Shown: positions 11,800-24,190, counted from the first letter of the stretch. The stretch is DNA of 45,708 bases from Octopus bimaculoides (GCF_001194135.2 NC_068997.1:41553390-41599097); one strand, 5' to 3'. Numbers and translations: made by a program. Notes: a model not told the origin generated them from the sequence alone.

Positions 11800-11950
11800 T
11801 TTCTCTTTCTCTTTTCATTTTTTTCCTTTCGTTGCTTTCTGTCGAAGAGCGTAGGCTCGAAACGTCAACGATTTTTCATTCTTCCCGAACGTCAAACTAA
11901 TACACCCGCTTGTTGTTTCTTCACCTATCTTTGTTTTCTGTAAATTTTAA
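11800..11950 (+). mobile_element. PLE pLTR fragment with a variant hammerhead core
   Basis: cttt CTGTCGA A gagc gtag gctc GAAACGTC at 11835-11866. The downstream sequence (actaataca...ttgttgtttct) matches the arm at 45396-45493. Confidence 0.6.
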
Positions 11951-11951
11951 C

Positions 11952-11996
<45 letters not shown>

Positions 11997-12750
11997 GAAC
12001 CTCAAAATTATAGGGGTGCTCTTGTCTATTGCGACTCAATATGATTAGAATTTCAACTTACTTTACTGATCTCAATCAATACTGCACTTCAAATGTTCAA
12101 AAAGCTATAAAACATTATTACTATGGACTGGACTGAATAACCAAATTAAAACGATATTTATTAATTTCCTCTTTATTCATTTATTTCCTCCTTTATTTCG
12201 TCTTTCTTTCGATTCCTTTTAAATCTATTTATCTTATATGATATCATTTTTTCTTCATTATGAGTGTTTAGTGAGGTGAATGCATTTTGACCTAATTAAG
12301 GGGGGGGGTTCCTACGATTAGGTATATAGAATAATCTATTCCCTTAAATTCTAAAATGGCCGTTCTAAATTTAAATGGCACCAGAACAATGGTCATATCG
12401 TATTTCAAAGCAATCTCTACTGTCATGTACCCTAAGATTATGATCCTCACCTAGAATATATTAATACTTTAAGGACGATCTTCACTCAGTTCGCTTCACC
12501 CACCAGCACGGGTAAAACCTTGAACAAAGCTGCAAAGGAATGTCTACCTTGGATGAATATTATTGCAACGAAACCAATTAAATGCACATAAATGCTACAT
12601 CAAAGGACATTAGGGCATTTATCCAGTAGAAACACGTATTGGATTGGAATTTAATGTAAATTTAATGAGAATATTGTAACAAACAAATTTTAAAGACTCG
12701 TAATTCTCCATTCTTCTTTATGATGTCTTTATTATCTATATGTAAAGCTC

Positions 12751-13047
12751 TTTACTCTTTTACTTGTTTCAGTCATTTGACTATGGCCATGCTGGAGCAC
12801 TGCCTTTAGTCGAGCAAATCAACCTCAGGATGTATTCTTTGTATGCCTAGTACTTATTCTATCGTTCTCTTTTGCTGAACTACTAAGTTACGAGGACGTA
12901 AACACACCAGCATCAGTTGTCAAGCGATGTTGGGGGTACAACACAGACAACACAAACATACACACACATATATAGATATACATATATAGGACAGGCTTCT
13001 TTCAGTTTCCGTCTACCAAATCCACTCACAAGGATTTGGTCGGCCCT
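12751..13047 (-). mobile_element. SINE family A, truncated by an N gap
   Basis: Reverse complement of the tail and the GGAAACTGAAAGAAGCC segment. Confidence 0.85.
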
Positions 13048-13799
13048 NNNNNNNNNNNNNNNNNNNNNNNNNNNNNNNNNNNNNNNNNNNNNNNNNNNNN
13101 NNNNNNNNNNNNNNNNNNNNNNNNNNNNNNNNNNNNNNNNNNNNNNNNNNNNNNNNNNNNNNNNNNNNNNNNNNNNNNNNNNNNNNNNNNNNNNNNNNNN
13201 NNNNNNNNNNNNNNNNNNNNNNNNNNNNNNNNNNNNNNNNNNNNNNNNNNNNNNNNNNNNNNNNNNNNNNNNNNNNNNNNNNNNNNNNNNNNNNNNNNNN
13301 NNNNNNNNNNNNNNNNNNNNNNNNNNNNNNNNNNNNNNNNNNNNNNNNNATATATATATATTGAAATAGATAGATAGATAGATATATAGATAGATAGACA
13401 GATAGATAGATAGATAGATACGCATACGTACATATAATACATAAACATATATTTAAGAATACATATATATATATACATGCAAGTAAACATATATACACAT
13501 ATACAAATACATAGCATAATATATAAACGGACATACATGTACGAACATAAATGCTCACATAAAGACATATATAGGCCAACTTAAACAAACATATATACAT
13601 GCAAAAGGATCCTAACAAAATGTCTATCAGAATGTTAAAGCTTGCTTAAACCGATAATCTATTCGACAATTTATGCTATTGTAAATATATTAATAACCAG
13701 TTAGAACGATAGTTCGAACTGGTTAAGTGCTATCCAGTATAAGAGGAGAAGATATATTTTTACTCTTCTCTTTACGCTTAGTATATTTAGAAAAAGGAA

Positions 13800-14465
13800 A
13801 GGATCACAAATGATGTCAGATCATAATAATTTCGTGTTTGGAATTAAATAAAGAACGTCGGTCAGCCTTGATTTTTTCTAATACTTTGCTTATACATAAC
13901 AGGAAGATGGGAAGATTTTTAATATATTTATTTATCTATTGCCGCCTTGATAAGAAATGATAGATTTCAATACGGACTATTCCAAGTCTTAGAGAATGTT
14001 TTGGCTTTCAAATTGAAAATAAATCAGTGAGAGAAGTAGAGTTCTTGAGTATATTTTTAGAAAATGATTGGCAATATGTGATATATCTCTTTTTGAAATG
14101 AGAAGTGGAACCAATATAGAATTTAGAAGAATTATGGGTTTTAACAATGCATTTATAAAGTACGTTATTACGTTTGCGGTGAACATTAAATGGACAATTT
14201 TCTTTCACTCTACAATTACATAGATTTTTATCAGGATTTGGCAAGGAAGAATTCCTAGAGACAGGTATAATATTGCTAATGTTGATATTATAAGCTTGAT
14301 ATAATAAAAGATTTTATTATTGCTATCTTTATCATCCTTGTTACTCTTTAACTACGACAAGAATAATTTATGCTATGTTTGAAAGTTTGTAGAACTCTTA
14401 TCAATATTGTCAATATTATCATTATTACAACCATTATAATTGTTTCTTTTATTATTATTATTGGA
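13800..14465 (-). pseudogene. PLE GIY-YIG endonuclease region plus Asn-rich linker (Naiad/Chlamys-like)
   Basis: The minus ORF 14008-14244 reads CNCRVKENCPFNVHRKRNNVLYKCIVKTHNSSKFYIGSTSHFKKRYITYCQSFSKNILKNSTSLT. This gives the CNCR..CP / VLY / YIGST / FKKR...SF / NST.L pattern of C-terminal GIY-YIG PLEs. Confidence 0.8.
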
Positions 14466-15480
14466 CAAGACAGTTTTCCTTTGCCTGATGGCTGTGGGGA
14501 AAGAGGTTGTGTGGTGGACGAGGCTGAAAGGCGTGAGGACAGATACATTCCATGATATTCCTCTTGATGCTTTCTGATACTTTCCCAAGGACCCAACAAT
14601 AATTGGGACTATCTACACCTTTTTCATTTACCATAGCCGGGCTATTTCGTACTGAAGAGGATTGCATCTATCTTTTCGCATTCCTTCTTGACTACTTGTG
14701 AGTCAAAGAGGAATGCAGCATCAACTATATTGCATATGTGGTGCACCTTGTCCACCACCACTAAGTCCGGTCTGTTATGTTCTAGCACCTGATCTGTTTG
14801 GATTGTGAAATTCCAGAGGATTTTGTTAGTTTTCGACTCCGCCACTCTCTGTGGTTTGTGTTCATACCACGTCTTTAGGGATAGTTCTATAACAACTGGG
14901 ATACATTTTACTTGTACTTTCCATAGTCTCTGTAATTCAATGGCTAGGTCCTGGTACTTTGCTATTTTCTCTATACCTCTCATATTGATTTTCTCATCAT
15001 TTGGCACTGTAAAGTCGATTATCTGGCACTTTCTATTCTCTTTAACTACTACTACTAAATCAGGCCTTCTCACTTCTATTTCTCTGTCAGTCTGGATGTT
15101 AAAGCGCCACATCATATATTTCTTACTTTCTAGTACTTTACTAGATCCTGCTCATACCATTTATTAGTATGTTCAAATCCTAGCCAATATCGTTATGCTG
15201 TGGATTGAAGATATTTTGTCTACTAGGGGTCTGTACTGTGTGTCAAATCACAACAAGAATCTCAGAAAGTATTTTACGCACTATGCGTGCGGTTCCAAGT
15301 AAAGCCAAATTTTGCAGTACACCTTGATTGTAGGGTCTTCATGTCCGACTCTCGTGGCTGCCACATCTTAGCAGTCTCAATTCTCAGGTCTCTATATTTA
15401 TCAATCTTTTCTATTTCTTCCATCATAATATGTTGATCTGGCACTAGAACGTCGATTATTAGACACTCTTGCTTGTCCCT
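14466..15480 (-). mobile_element. Three tandem 3' fragments of RLE-type non-LTR retrotransposons (R4/Dong or NeSL/HERO-like)
   Basis: CLIIDVLVPDQH...LLGTARIVRKILS (15480-15235); WRFNIQTDREIEVRRPDLVVV...IIDFTVP...KYQDLAIELQRLWK (15115-14890); WYEHKP...ILWNFTIQTDQVLEHNRPDLVVVDK...VPIIVGSLG (14885-14560). The last fragment has a short 3' tail ending at (AAT)n. Confidence 0.85.
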
Positions 15481-15603
15481 CTTTAAGGTTACTATATCCG
15501 GCTACTATCATCATCATCATCATTATCATCATCATTATTATTATTATTATTATTATTATTTTATTGTTGTCATTATTTATTTATTTGTTGTTGTTTTTGT
15601 TGT

Positions 15604-15660
<57 letters not shown>

Positions 15661-15689
15661 ATACTATTACAATTACTATATATTCAGAG

Positions 15690-15990
15690 GAACAATTATT
15701 ATTAAATCTATAGTTTTTGGTCCGTTTGAAATTGATATTACACTTGTTTAATTCAGAGCGATTAGTAGGATGCTATAAAAGACACTAAAATTAAGCTGTT
15801 TAAAGCAGAGAGTTGAACAGTAGGATTGACTTGTTGAATATTTGGTAGAACTTATATTCTGGTAGAAAATTGTCCTTAAGAATTTTAAATAAGTATCGAA
15901 TTTTTGTTATGGCACATCTTAATAATGGAACGTTAATACTAGGTAAAACTGCAGTTTTTATTTCGTTCAGAGCTATTTAATGATACATTA
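15690..15990 (-). pseudogene. PLE RT C-terminal (thumb/linker) fragment
   Basis: Minus translation NVPLLRCAITKIRYLFKILKDNFLPEYKFYQIFNKS resembles the PLE W.NPPF...TNIG..F..L...FP..H..HKIFN.N motif. Confidence 0.6.
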
Positions 15991-16004
15991 TTATTATTAA
16001 TGAC

Positions 16005-16232
16005 AGAAAGGTGATGAGCTGGTAAAATCATTTGCGCGCTGGACAAAATGCTTTGCGGAATTTCTCCAATCTTTACATTCTGCTTTCAAGTTCCGCCAAA
16101 GTCGACTTTGCATTTCATCCTTCTGTGTGTGGATAAAATAAATACCAGTTGAGCACTGAAGTCAATGTATTCGTCCAACCCTCTCCTTCAAAATGTCAAG
16201 CTTTGTGTCTTTAGTAGAAAGGATTATTGTGA
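16005..16232 (+). mobile_element. SINE family C carrying a Nin/Deu-type conserved domain
   Basis: GGTGATGAGCTGGTAAAATC...TTCAAGTTCCGCCAAAGTCGACTTTGCATTTCATCCTT...GATAAAATAAATACCAG. Confidence 0.75.
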
Positions 16233-16366
16233 ATGCTAGAAGAGTTATTTCTTACCTTAGTAAATGAATTAAAGAGAGGCATATATTTAGTATGTACAGA
16301 TTGGGAAGTATTATGTGTACTACTATCAATATTTGAAACATCACAGTCATTTTTATTACTCTAAAC

Positions 16367-16882
16367 TAGTGGTTCTCAATCGGAGTCCATATGGCCCTTA
16401 GGGGTTCATATAAAATTTTGTTGTTAAAGTTTATGAGCAAAAAATTGATTATACTTCTACAATATAGAAAATATTTTAACAAAATGTTTTTATACAGTTT
16501 CTAATAATTTTTAGTAATAAAAATATAATAGGTTTTATAAACATCGAATGTCTATGCGTGGAGGAGCGTGGCTTAGTGGTTAGAGTGTTGGACTCGTGAT
16601 TGTAAGATTGTGGTTTCGTATTCCTGAACCGGGCAATGTGTTCTTGAGCAAAACTCATTTCACGTTGCTCCAGTCCACTCAGCTGGCAAAAATGAGCAAT
16701 CATGTGATGGACCAGTGCCCCATCCAGGTGAGAAATTTACACGCCATGGAAACCAGGAAACTGACCCGTATGAGTCGGAATGGCTCAAGAAAGTAATTTT
16801 TTTTTTTTAATGTTTATATGGATCTACCTGAGGAAAATAGAAATCAAAGGGGTCCATAGGTAAAAATGGTTGAGAACCATTT
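16367..16882. mobile_element. hAT (Charlie/Buster-like) MITE with a nested SINE
   Basis: TIRs TAGTGGTTCTCAATC and GGTTGAGAACCATTT; 8-bp TSD CTCTAAAC (16359-16366) / CTCTAAAT (16883-16890). Confidence 0.85.
16555..16795 (+). mobile_element. tRNA-head SINE (family D type) inserted in the hAT MITE
   Basis: A box TGGCTTAGTGG, B box GGTTTCGTATTCC, then GTGTTCTTGAGCAAAAC..CATTTCACGTTGCTCCAGTCCACTCAGCTGGC. Confidence 0.8.
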
Positions 16883-16890
16883 CTCTAAAT

Positions 16891-17876
16891 AACGAATTGC
16901 TCTAACAAAGAGTTATATTGGAAGGACAGTAGGAACGTTGGTTATCTTTGTTTTCTATTACATATGGTATGCTAGTCGTAGTTTACATAAGTATAATTAT
17001 TACTTGTTGTGGGTCTAGTAGTTTTAGTTAAGGCGAGTGTTGTATTATCTTTATATTCGGAGAGATTCATAGTATTATTTATAGGATTAGTCTGGGAAGG
17101 ATTATATTTATCTCCATCATTAGGTATTTTCAATATTACGTTTTCAGTTTTAGTAAGATTACAGTCATGTTACCTATTAGTATTTGTCATGGAAGATAAC
17201 TTATTTATATGATTATAGTCTTTTTTTTAATTATCATTAGCCATGGTATTAATATTACTTGGATTATTAATTCGATTAAGTCGCTATTTAAGTTTAGTAT
17301 TATGTATATTTTTTGTTTTCTCATTATATCCACTTCGTACTAAAGCATTACCATAATATGCTGAGTTTATCATTAAAGATTCTTTCATTAACTGGAGGAT
17401 TAGAAATTCTAATTAAAATATTTTAAACCAAACTATTTATAATGGATCTATGATGACTGAAGTTTTTTAATTTATACAGGGTAGTGTCACATTGGGTTTA
17501 TGATATTGTCAGTAAAGACTGGAATTCAAATCCAGGGTCACATCAAGAAAGTTTACAATTGTAGTACCTTCCTAGAATATAATGGATACGATATAGTTTT
17601 TTTTTAATTTATGTAAGGATTTTCTAAGTTTTTCAATTTGTGATAGAAAATAGTTAATCATGGTGAAGAGAGAATTATCATGATATAGTCCACCACCAAT
17701 GTTTGAAAAATGTCTATGTTATTCGAATAAGACATATAATCCGATTAGATCAGTTACCTGAGCTGAATTGGAGGAACTCGTAGTTATGTCAAAGTTATTA
17801 TTTCTAGATTTTCTAGTCCAGTAATTATCATTGAAAGATGTAAGCGTTTTCCTGGCTGTTAAAGTAATATGTCTAT
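16891..17876 (-). pseudogene. Degenerate PLE reverse transcriptase, 5'-truncated (Naiad/Chlamys-like)
   Basis: Minus translation includes LTARKTLTSFNDNYWTRKSRNNNFDITTSSSNSAQVTDLIGLYVL, GGGLYHDNSL (YRDD motif), VNFLDVTLDLNS...YHKPN and AYYGNALVRSGYNEK. Many stops and frameshifts. Confidence 0.85.
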
Positions 17877-18060
17877 AGATGGTTAGCATAATCAGTAATA
17901 TTCCTGATAAATTGGGATAAACATTACTTTAAATTAATTTAATTTATGTTAATTATCTAAATTACATAACTATGGAATTAACGACATTTGTTCCTTATGA
18001 AACAGCTGTTGAGAGTAATTGAATTATGAGGTATCTGTGAAATTATGCTTTTCTGCACTT
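17871..18060 (+). mobile_element. Inverted pLTR with a degenerate hammerhead, abutting the truncated RT
   Basis: aatattcCTGATAAattgggataaacattacttt...ttgttccttatGAAACAGCTGTTgagagtaattgaattatg...ttatgcttttctg aligns with the reverse complement of 11535-11730. Confidence 0.65.
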
Positions 18061-18309
18061 TCTTCTAATGATCGTTTTAGCTGATTATGTGTATACAGGC
18101 AAGCTTCTTCCATTTGATTTACTCTAACATAATAACGTGCTCACATTTGATAACCTATTATTAATTGAACATGGATATACTTTTATACATCATCTCTATT
18201 TATATGGGTATGTGCATGTATATATATACACATATACATATATTCAGATATATTTCATATATATGTATGTAAACATGTATGAATGTAGATATTTATGTAT
18301 GTTTGTATG

Positions 18310-18349
<40 letters not shown>

Positions 18350-19228
18350 NNNNNNNNNNNNNNNNNNNNNNNNNNNNNNNNNNNNNNNNNNNNNNNNNNN
18401 NNNNNNNNNNNNNNNNNNNNNNNNNNNNNNNNNNNNNNNNNNNNNNNNNNNNNNNNNNNNNNNNNNNNNNNNNNNNNNNNNNNNNNNNNNNNNNNNNNNN
18501 NNNNNNNNNNNNNNNNNNNNNNNNNNNNNNNNNNNNNNNNNNNNNNNNNNNNNNNNNNNNNNNNNNNNNNNNNNNNNNNNNNNNNNNNNNNNNNNNNNNN
18601 NNNNNNNNNNNNNNNNNNNNNNNNNNNNNNNNNNNNNNNNNNNNNNNNNNNNNNNNNNNNNNNNNNNNNNNNNNNNNNNNNNNNNNNNNNNNNNNNNNNN
18701 NNNNNNNNNNNNNNNNNNNNNNNNNNNNNNNNNNNNNNNNNNNNNNNNNNNNNNNNNNNNNNNNNNNNNNNNNNNNNNNNNNNNNNNNNNNNNNNNNNNN
18801 NNNNNNNNNNNNNNNNNNNNNNNNNNNNNNNNNNNNNNNNNNNNNNNNNNNNNNNNNNNNNNNNNNNNNNNNNNNNNNNNNNNNNNNNNNNNNNNNNNNN
18901 NNNNNNNNNNNNNNNNNNNNNNNNNNNNNNNNNNNNNNNNNNNNNNNNNNNNNNNNNNNNNNNNNNNNNNNNNNNNNNNNNNNNNNNNNNNNNNNNNNNN
19001 NNNNNNNNNNNNNNNNNNNNNNNNNNNNNNNNNNNNNNNNNNNNNNNNNNNNNNNNNNNNNNNNNNNNNNNNNNNNNNNNNNNNNNNNNNNNNNNNNNNN
19101 NNNNTATATATGTATATGTATGTGTGTGTATGCATGTATGTATGTATAAGCATACATATGGAAAAATGCATACATACATCGGTACATAATTACACACATA
19201 TGATTTTATATATTATATGTGCATGTCT

Positions 19229-19263
<35 letters not shown>

Positions 19264-19754
19264 TCCTTGTTTTATATCTGCTTCCATTGATAACATGGGT
19301 TAGACAAGTACCCACTCAGGAGTTCCTGCACAGATCAGGAGATCATCTGTCACTCATGTTTTCTTTATGACAGGCTTCTATGGCTGGATGCCCTTCCCAA
19401 TGCAAAGCACATTATAGAATGTCTTGGGTGTGTTTTATTTTGGCACTAGCACCAAAGTGGTTGCTGAATCATTAACAAAATAAGACTGTTAGATCCTCTC
19501 ACCCTTATGTCACCTTTATTCCCCTGACTGCCACTTTTCAAAGTATACTAGATGCCTTTTATCATGGTACCAGCGATAATGGGGCTGGTTTGTTTGCTGA
19601 AAGATAAAAGAGACCTCACTAGTCTTTCTTATTTGTTCAGGGCAGCAAAGTGAACAGGAGAGAAGGGATAAGAGAAGGTAGAGCTAAGAGGGGACTCAAC
19701 AGGCAGAAAGGGTAACAGGAGACTACTAAGCACACAATGAGAATAATAACTAGA

Positions 19755-19929
19755 TCTCTTTTTTATATTGTTTTCACTTGTTTCAGTCATTAGACTGTGG
19801 CCATGCTGGGGCACATCTTTAAAAAAAATTTAGCCAAATGAATCAACCCCAGGACTTAATTATTTTTTACCCTTGATATTTATTCCATTAGTCTCTTTTG
19901 CCAGCTGTCAAGTAGTAGTAGGGGACAAG

Positions 19930-19961
<32 letters not shown>

Positions 19962-20130
19962 TGTATATATGACAGGCTTCTCTCAGTTTCCACCTAACAA
20001 ATCCACTCACAAGGCATTGGTCAGCCTGATGCTATAATAGAAGGCTCTTACCCAAGGTGTCATGCAGTGGGACTGAACCCAGAGCCATATAGTTAGGAAG
20101 CAAACTTCAGCCACATCTTGCACCTATCCA
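19755..20130 (-). mobile_element. SINE family A, near full length
   Basis: Reverse complement of head, internal (CA)n and tail. Confidence 0.8.
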
Positions 20131-20189
20131 CACAGCCAGGCCAGGCCAGTATATTATATTATATTATATAACCCAGCCACCATCATTTA

Positions 20190-20560
20190 AACATAAATTT
20201 CTCCACAATGATGGCATGGGTGCTTTAGTTGCTTCCCATGCTGTGAATCTTCTTTCCCATTTACTCAATGAACTGCAGCATCTTGAAACCAGTCTTCAAT
20301 ATTTTGTCCAATAAGTTCTTTGGTTTCCCTCTTCCAGCTTCCATTTCCTTTGAACACTCAGCAATTCTGTATACAGTTGTCATATCTTATGTGTGCATCA
20401 TATGCCCATACTAGCTCAGCCTTCTCCCTCGCACACTTTTTATCAGATTACTCTTACATCCAGTTTTTTTCCCTCAGCTCATTTGTACTCCATCACTCAT
20501 ACACACTAACATTAACACAACACACAGAATCAGATGATGCTTGCTTCATTTCTTTCAAGT
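20190..20560 (-). mobile_element. RTE-type LINE RT C-terminal fragment
   Basis: Minus translation MKRLERNEASII...STNELREK...RRLS*YGHMM...GRGKPKN, typical of the RTE RL.WYGHV.R...GRGRP.K.W region. Confidence 0.75.
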
Positions 20561-21071
20561 CTCTTCATACCATCTGCATTCATAAAGAAACCTCTCTTCT
20601 CTCTCACACTCTCTCCCCCCCCTCTCTCTATCTCTCTCTCTCTCTCTCTCTTTCTCTCCATATCTCTCTCACTCTATATATATCTATCTATCTGTTCCCC
20701 TCTTTCTCGTACTTTTTGCTTCTATATATAGACATACATATAAATATCTATGCACTCACATGCTCACACACACACACACAAACATACACACACACACACA
20801 CATACATGTGTGTGTGTGTGTGTATCTATGTATTTATGTGTGTGTATGAGGATGCAGTTTTGAAAACCTGGCTGTGTTGTAGTTTAATCCTTTCCAGCAA
20901 GGTGTTCCCGCATTTTTAAAGAAGCATTTCACTAAGCAAACCAAACTCATGTGAACGAACATATGAAAACAGCACAGTCATGTTTACGTTACGTATTTAA
21001 AAAAAAAAAAAGCTGTTCCATATATGTGCGGTGGAGGTGTACACATACGTATGTGTATGTATGCATGTGTA

Positions 21072-21141
<70 letters not shown>

Positions 21142-21156
21142 TATATGCATATATAT

Positions 21157-21207
<51 letters not shown>

Positions 21208-21406
21208 TATATATATACATATATATATATATACACACACACATATATATATGTATATATGCATGTATATATATGCTTGTGTGTATGTGTATATATATAT
21301 ATATATATTTGTATGTGTGTGTGCATGCGTATGTATATAAATACAAATATATATATATGCATCTATATACAATAATATTTTGTAAATTTTGTACGAGTGC
21401 TAATGC

Positions 21407-21476
<70 letters not shown>

Positions 21477-21785
21477 AGAAAGAGAAGGAGAGGAAGAGAG
21501 AAAGACACATAAATATTATAATTTATTTTTGTGCACATGTTTGTAGCTAACATATTAAGCAATGCATGCACATATCTTAAACCATATAAGTATATATGTG
21601 TGTGTATATGTATGCATATGTACATGCGTGTACGTGTTGTGTGCATGCATATAACATAACAATTGTATTTATACCTCTCCATATATTTGATATTGTATTT
21701 ACATAATTCTTAAGTGCATGACTGTATAAGTGAGAGTATAATATACAAAATATATGATAATCTTGATGTATTGCTATACATACAT

Positions 21786-21861
<76 letters not shown>

Positions 21862-22772
21862 TTATATCTGAGCGCCTATGTGTGTGCTTATGTGTATAAA
21901 TGGGAGATGATAAGACAGTATCTGTCCATTTTTATGCATATAAAAGCACACACATACAAGCATGTGCGTGTGTGTGTGTGTGCACGCGCATGTTTGTGTG
22001 TGTATCTACTTATGCATAAGCTGAGTGTTTCATTCCATTTAATATCCACAATGCATGTCTGCTTTGGTTTCCTTGGATACTAATAACACTCCATATAGAA
22101 TGGAGAAATATCAACGAAACTCATCCTCTGTAAATACCAAATAAATCAAACAGACAACAGAACATTTACGTGGTCGCTCAACTAGACAGAAATAGCAGCA
22201 AATCCTCCACAAATCTTTAGTCAACCATCTGAAAAATTGCAGTGACATGGCACACAATGTAGGCATGGATACATTATTCCTGAATCTCTGAAAATAACAG
22301 TGTGTGGTCTTTGACAATCATTGATCACATACACACACACACACACAGAGATTCATACACACTCATGCATACAAACCATAGAAGCCAGGAGGTATGAGAG
22401 GTGAATATATATTTGTTTAACCATGTGAAATCCTTAGGATTAGAGCTGTTATGCAATCTTCTTTTATGTAGTTTTAATTACAGTGTGGCAGAAATGATTC
22501 TTACGTGTTTGCATTGGTGTGCATGTTCGGCATTATAGAATATGGTTGTATGTTTAAGAATCAATGCAAATATAGAAAGCTAACTCATCAGATCAGCAGG
22601 AGGTGGACCGCTAGGTGAGTCTGTAAGAGAAACCTTCAGTGATGGCCACATAATTCTATCTCTGGATCAACATCCTTTACTACTTAATCACACACACATA
22701 CACACACACATATACATATGTATATGAATATATGCATATATATGGAGGGAAAGACAGAAATGAATGTGGAAA

Positions 22773-22823
<51 letters not shown>

Positions 22824-22831
22824 TACATAGT

Positions 22832-22888
<57 letters not shown>

Positions 22889-22897
22889 CGACAGGCT

Positions 22898-22965
<68 letters not shown>

Positions 22966-22967
22966 TA

Positions 22968-24190
22968 TTGGATCATCTCATAAATAATGTGGTTTTTTCA
23001 ATCGTATAAACTAAAAGTCAGAGGTGGGCAGGATAAGCTATCTGCATCAACTTGCTAATAAAGCAGGTAGTAATTTTACCTTGGTCTTATTCTTAGTGCA
23101 ATTTTTTAAGATTGCAGTTCGATTTTAACAGTTATTTTTTCAAATAATGGAAGTGACAAAGGAGCATACTTGGCATATTTTGCTTTATGAATTCAATAAA
23201 GGCAACAACACAATGGAAAGTGTGAGGAACATTAATGCTGTATATGGGGATCAGACAAAAAGCATAAACCAGTGTCAATGGTGGTTCCAGAAATTTGTAG
23301 CCAGAAAGTACAGCCTAGAAGATGAGCCTTGTCCTGGAAGATCTGTAGAGCTTGACAAGGATGTCCTGCAAACCCTGGTAGAACAAAATTCCATCATAAC
23401 TGTTGAGGAACTAGCAGAGAAGCTTGGATTTGGTTGTTCAAACATTCACCAACACCTGTGTGCCATTGGAAAAGTCAGAAATTGGGTCAATGAGTTCCTC
23501 ACAAACTTTTTGAGTCTAATTGCATGCAGAAAGTGAATGTGTGCTAGACCGAATAGTGACTGGTGATGAGGAATGGGTTCTCTATAAAAATGTCAAGCAT
23601 CAAAGACAGTGGATAGGGAAAGGAGAAACACTGACACCCCGGGCTAAAGAAGGTCTTCACCCATGTAAGGTATTGTTATCTGTTTGGTGGAATATGAAAG
23701 GTTTAGTTCACTTTGAACTTTTAAACCCAAACTAAACAATAACAAAGCAGATCTACTGTAAGCAGTTTGAGCAGCTTAGGTCAGTGCTAGAAGAAAAATG
23801 ACCATTTTTGGATTCAAGACAAAAGGATAATGCTCGGCCACACACAGTGAGGATGACATTCCAAAGACTGGAGCAGTTTGAATGGGAAATGATGCCCCAC
23901 CCACTATATTCACCAGACCTTGCGCCATCTGATTATTCCACAGTCTTCAAAATCATTTGGATGGAAAAAATATGCATTCTGTAGACAAGGTCAGAGCAGT
24001 CCTGGAGGAGTATTTTTTGTCACGGACAAGTGAATTTTGGTAGAGGGACCTTGCAAGTCTACCAGATAGATGGAAGAGTATTGTAGAAAAATGAAGGAGA
24101 GTATATTTTAGATCAAAAAAGAACTTTGTTTATCTTAATTTTAAAAAATAAAAGAAGTATAAAAAATCTGCACTATTTATGGGATGACCC
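22968..24190 (+). mobile_element. Full-length degenerate mariner (DD34D) transposon
   Basis: Imperfect TIRs ttggatcatctcataaataatgtgg / ctgcactatttatgggatgaccc flanked by TA. The transposase from 23147 (MEVTKEH..ILLYEFNKG..., LDRIVTGDEEW, KVLLSVWW, DNARPH, PHPLYSPDLAPSDY) is broken by frameshifts and stops. Confidence 0.92.

Noticed and set aside
13686-13718. Hairpin aaccagtt...aactggtt downstream of the GIY-YIG region
   Set aside because: No hammerhead or SECIS core motifs could be fitted; it is too short to interpret.
16555-16630. tRNA-like A and B boxes (also at 7300, 43550 and other sites)
   Set aside because: They are SINE heads continuing into SINE bodies, with no complete cloverleaf, so they are not tRNA genes.
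16900-17950. AT-rich, Ile/Leu/Phe-rich stretch that first looked like a mitochondrial insertion (NUMT)
   Set aside because: The minus strand gives clear PLE reverse-transcriptase motifs, and no mitochondrial gene motif was recognised.
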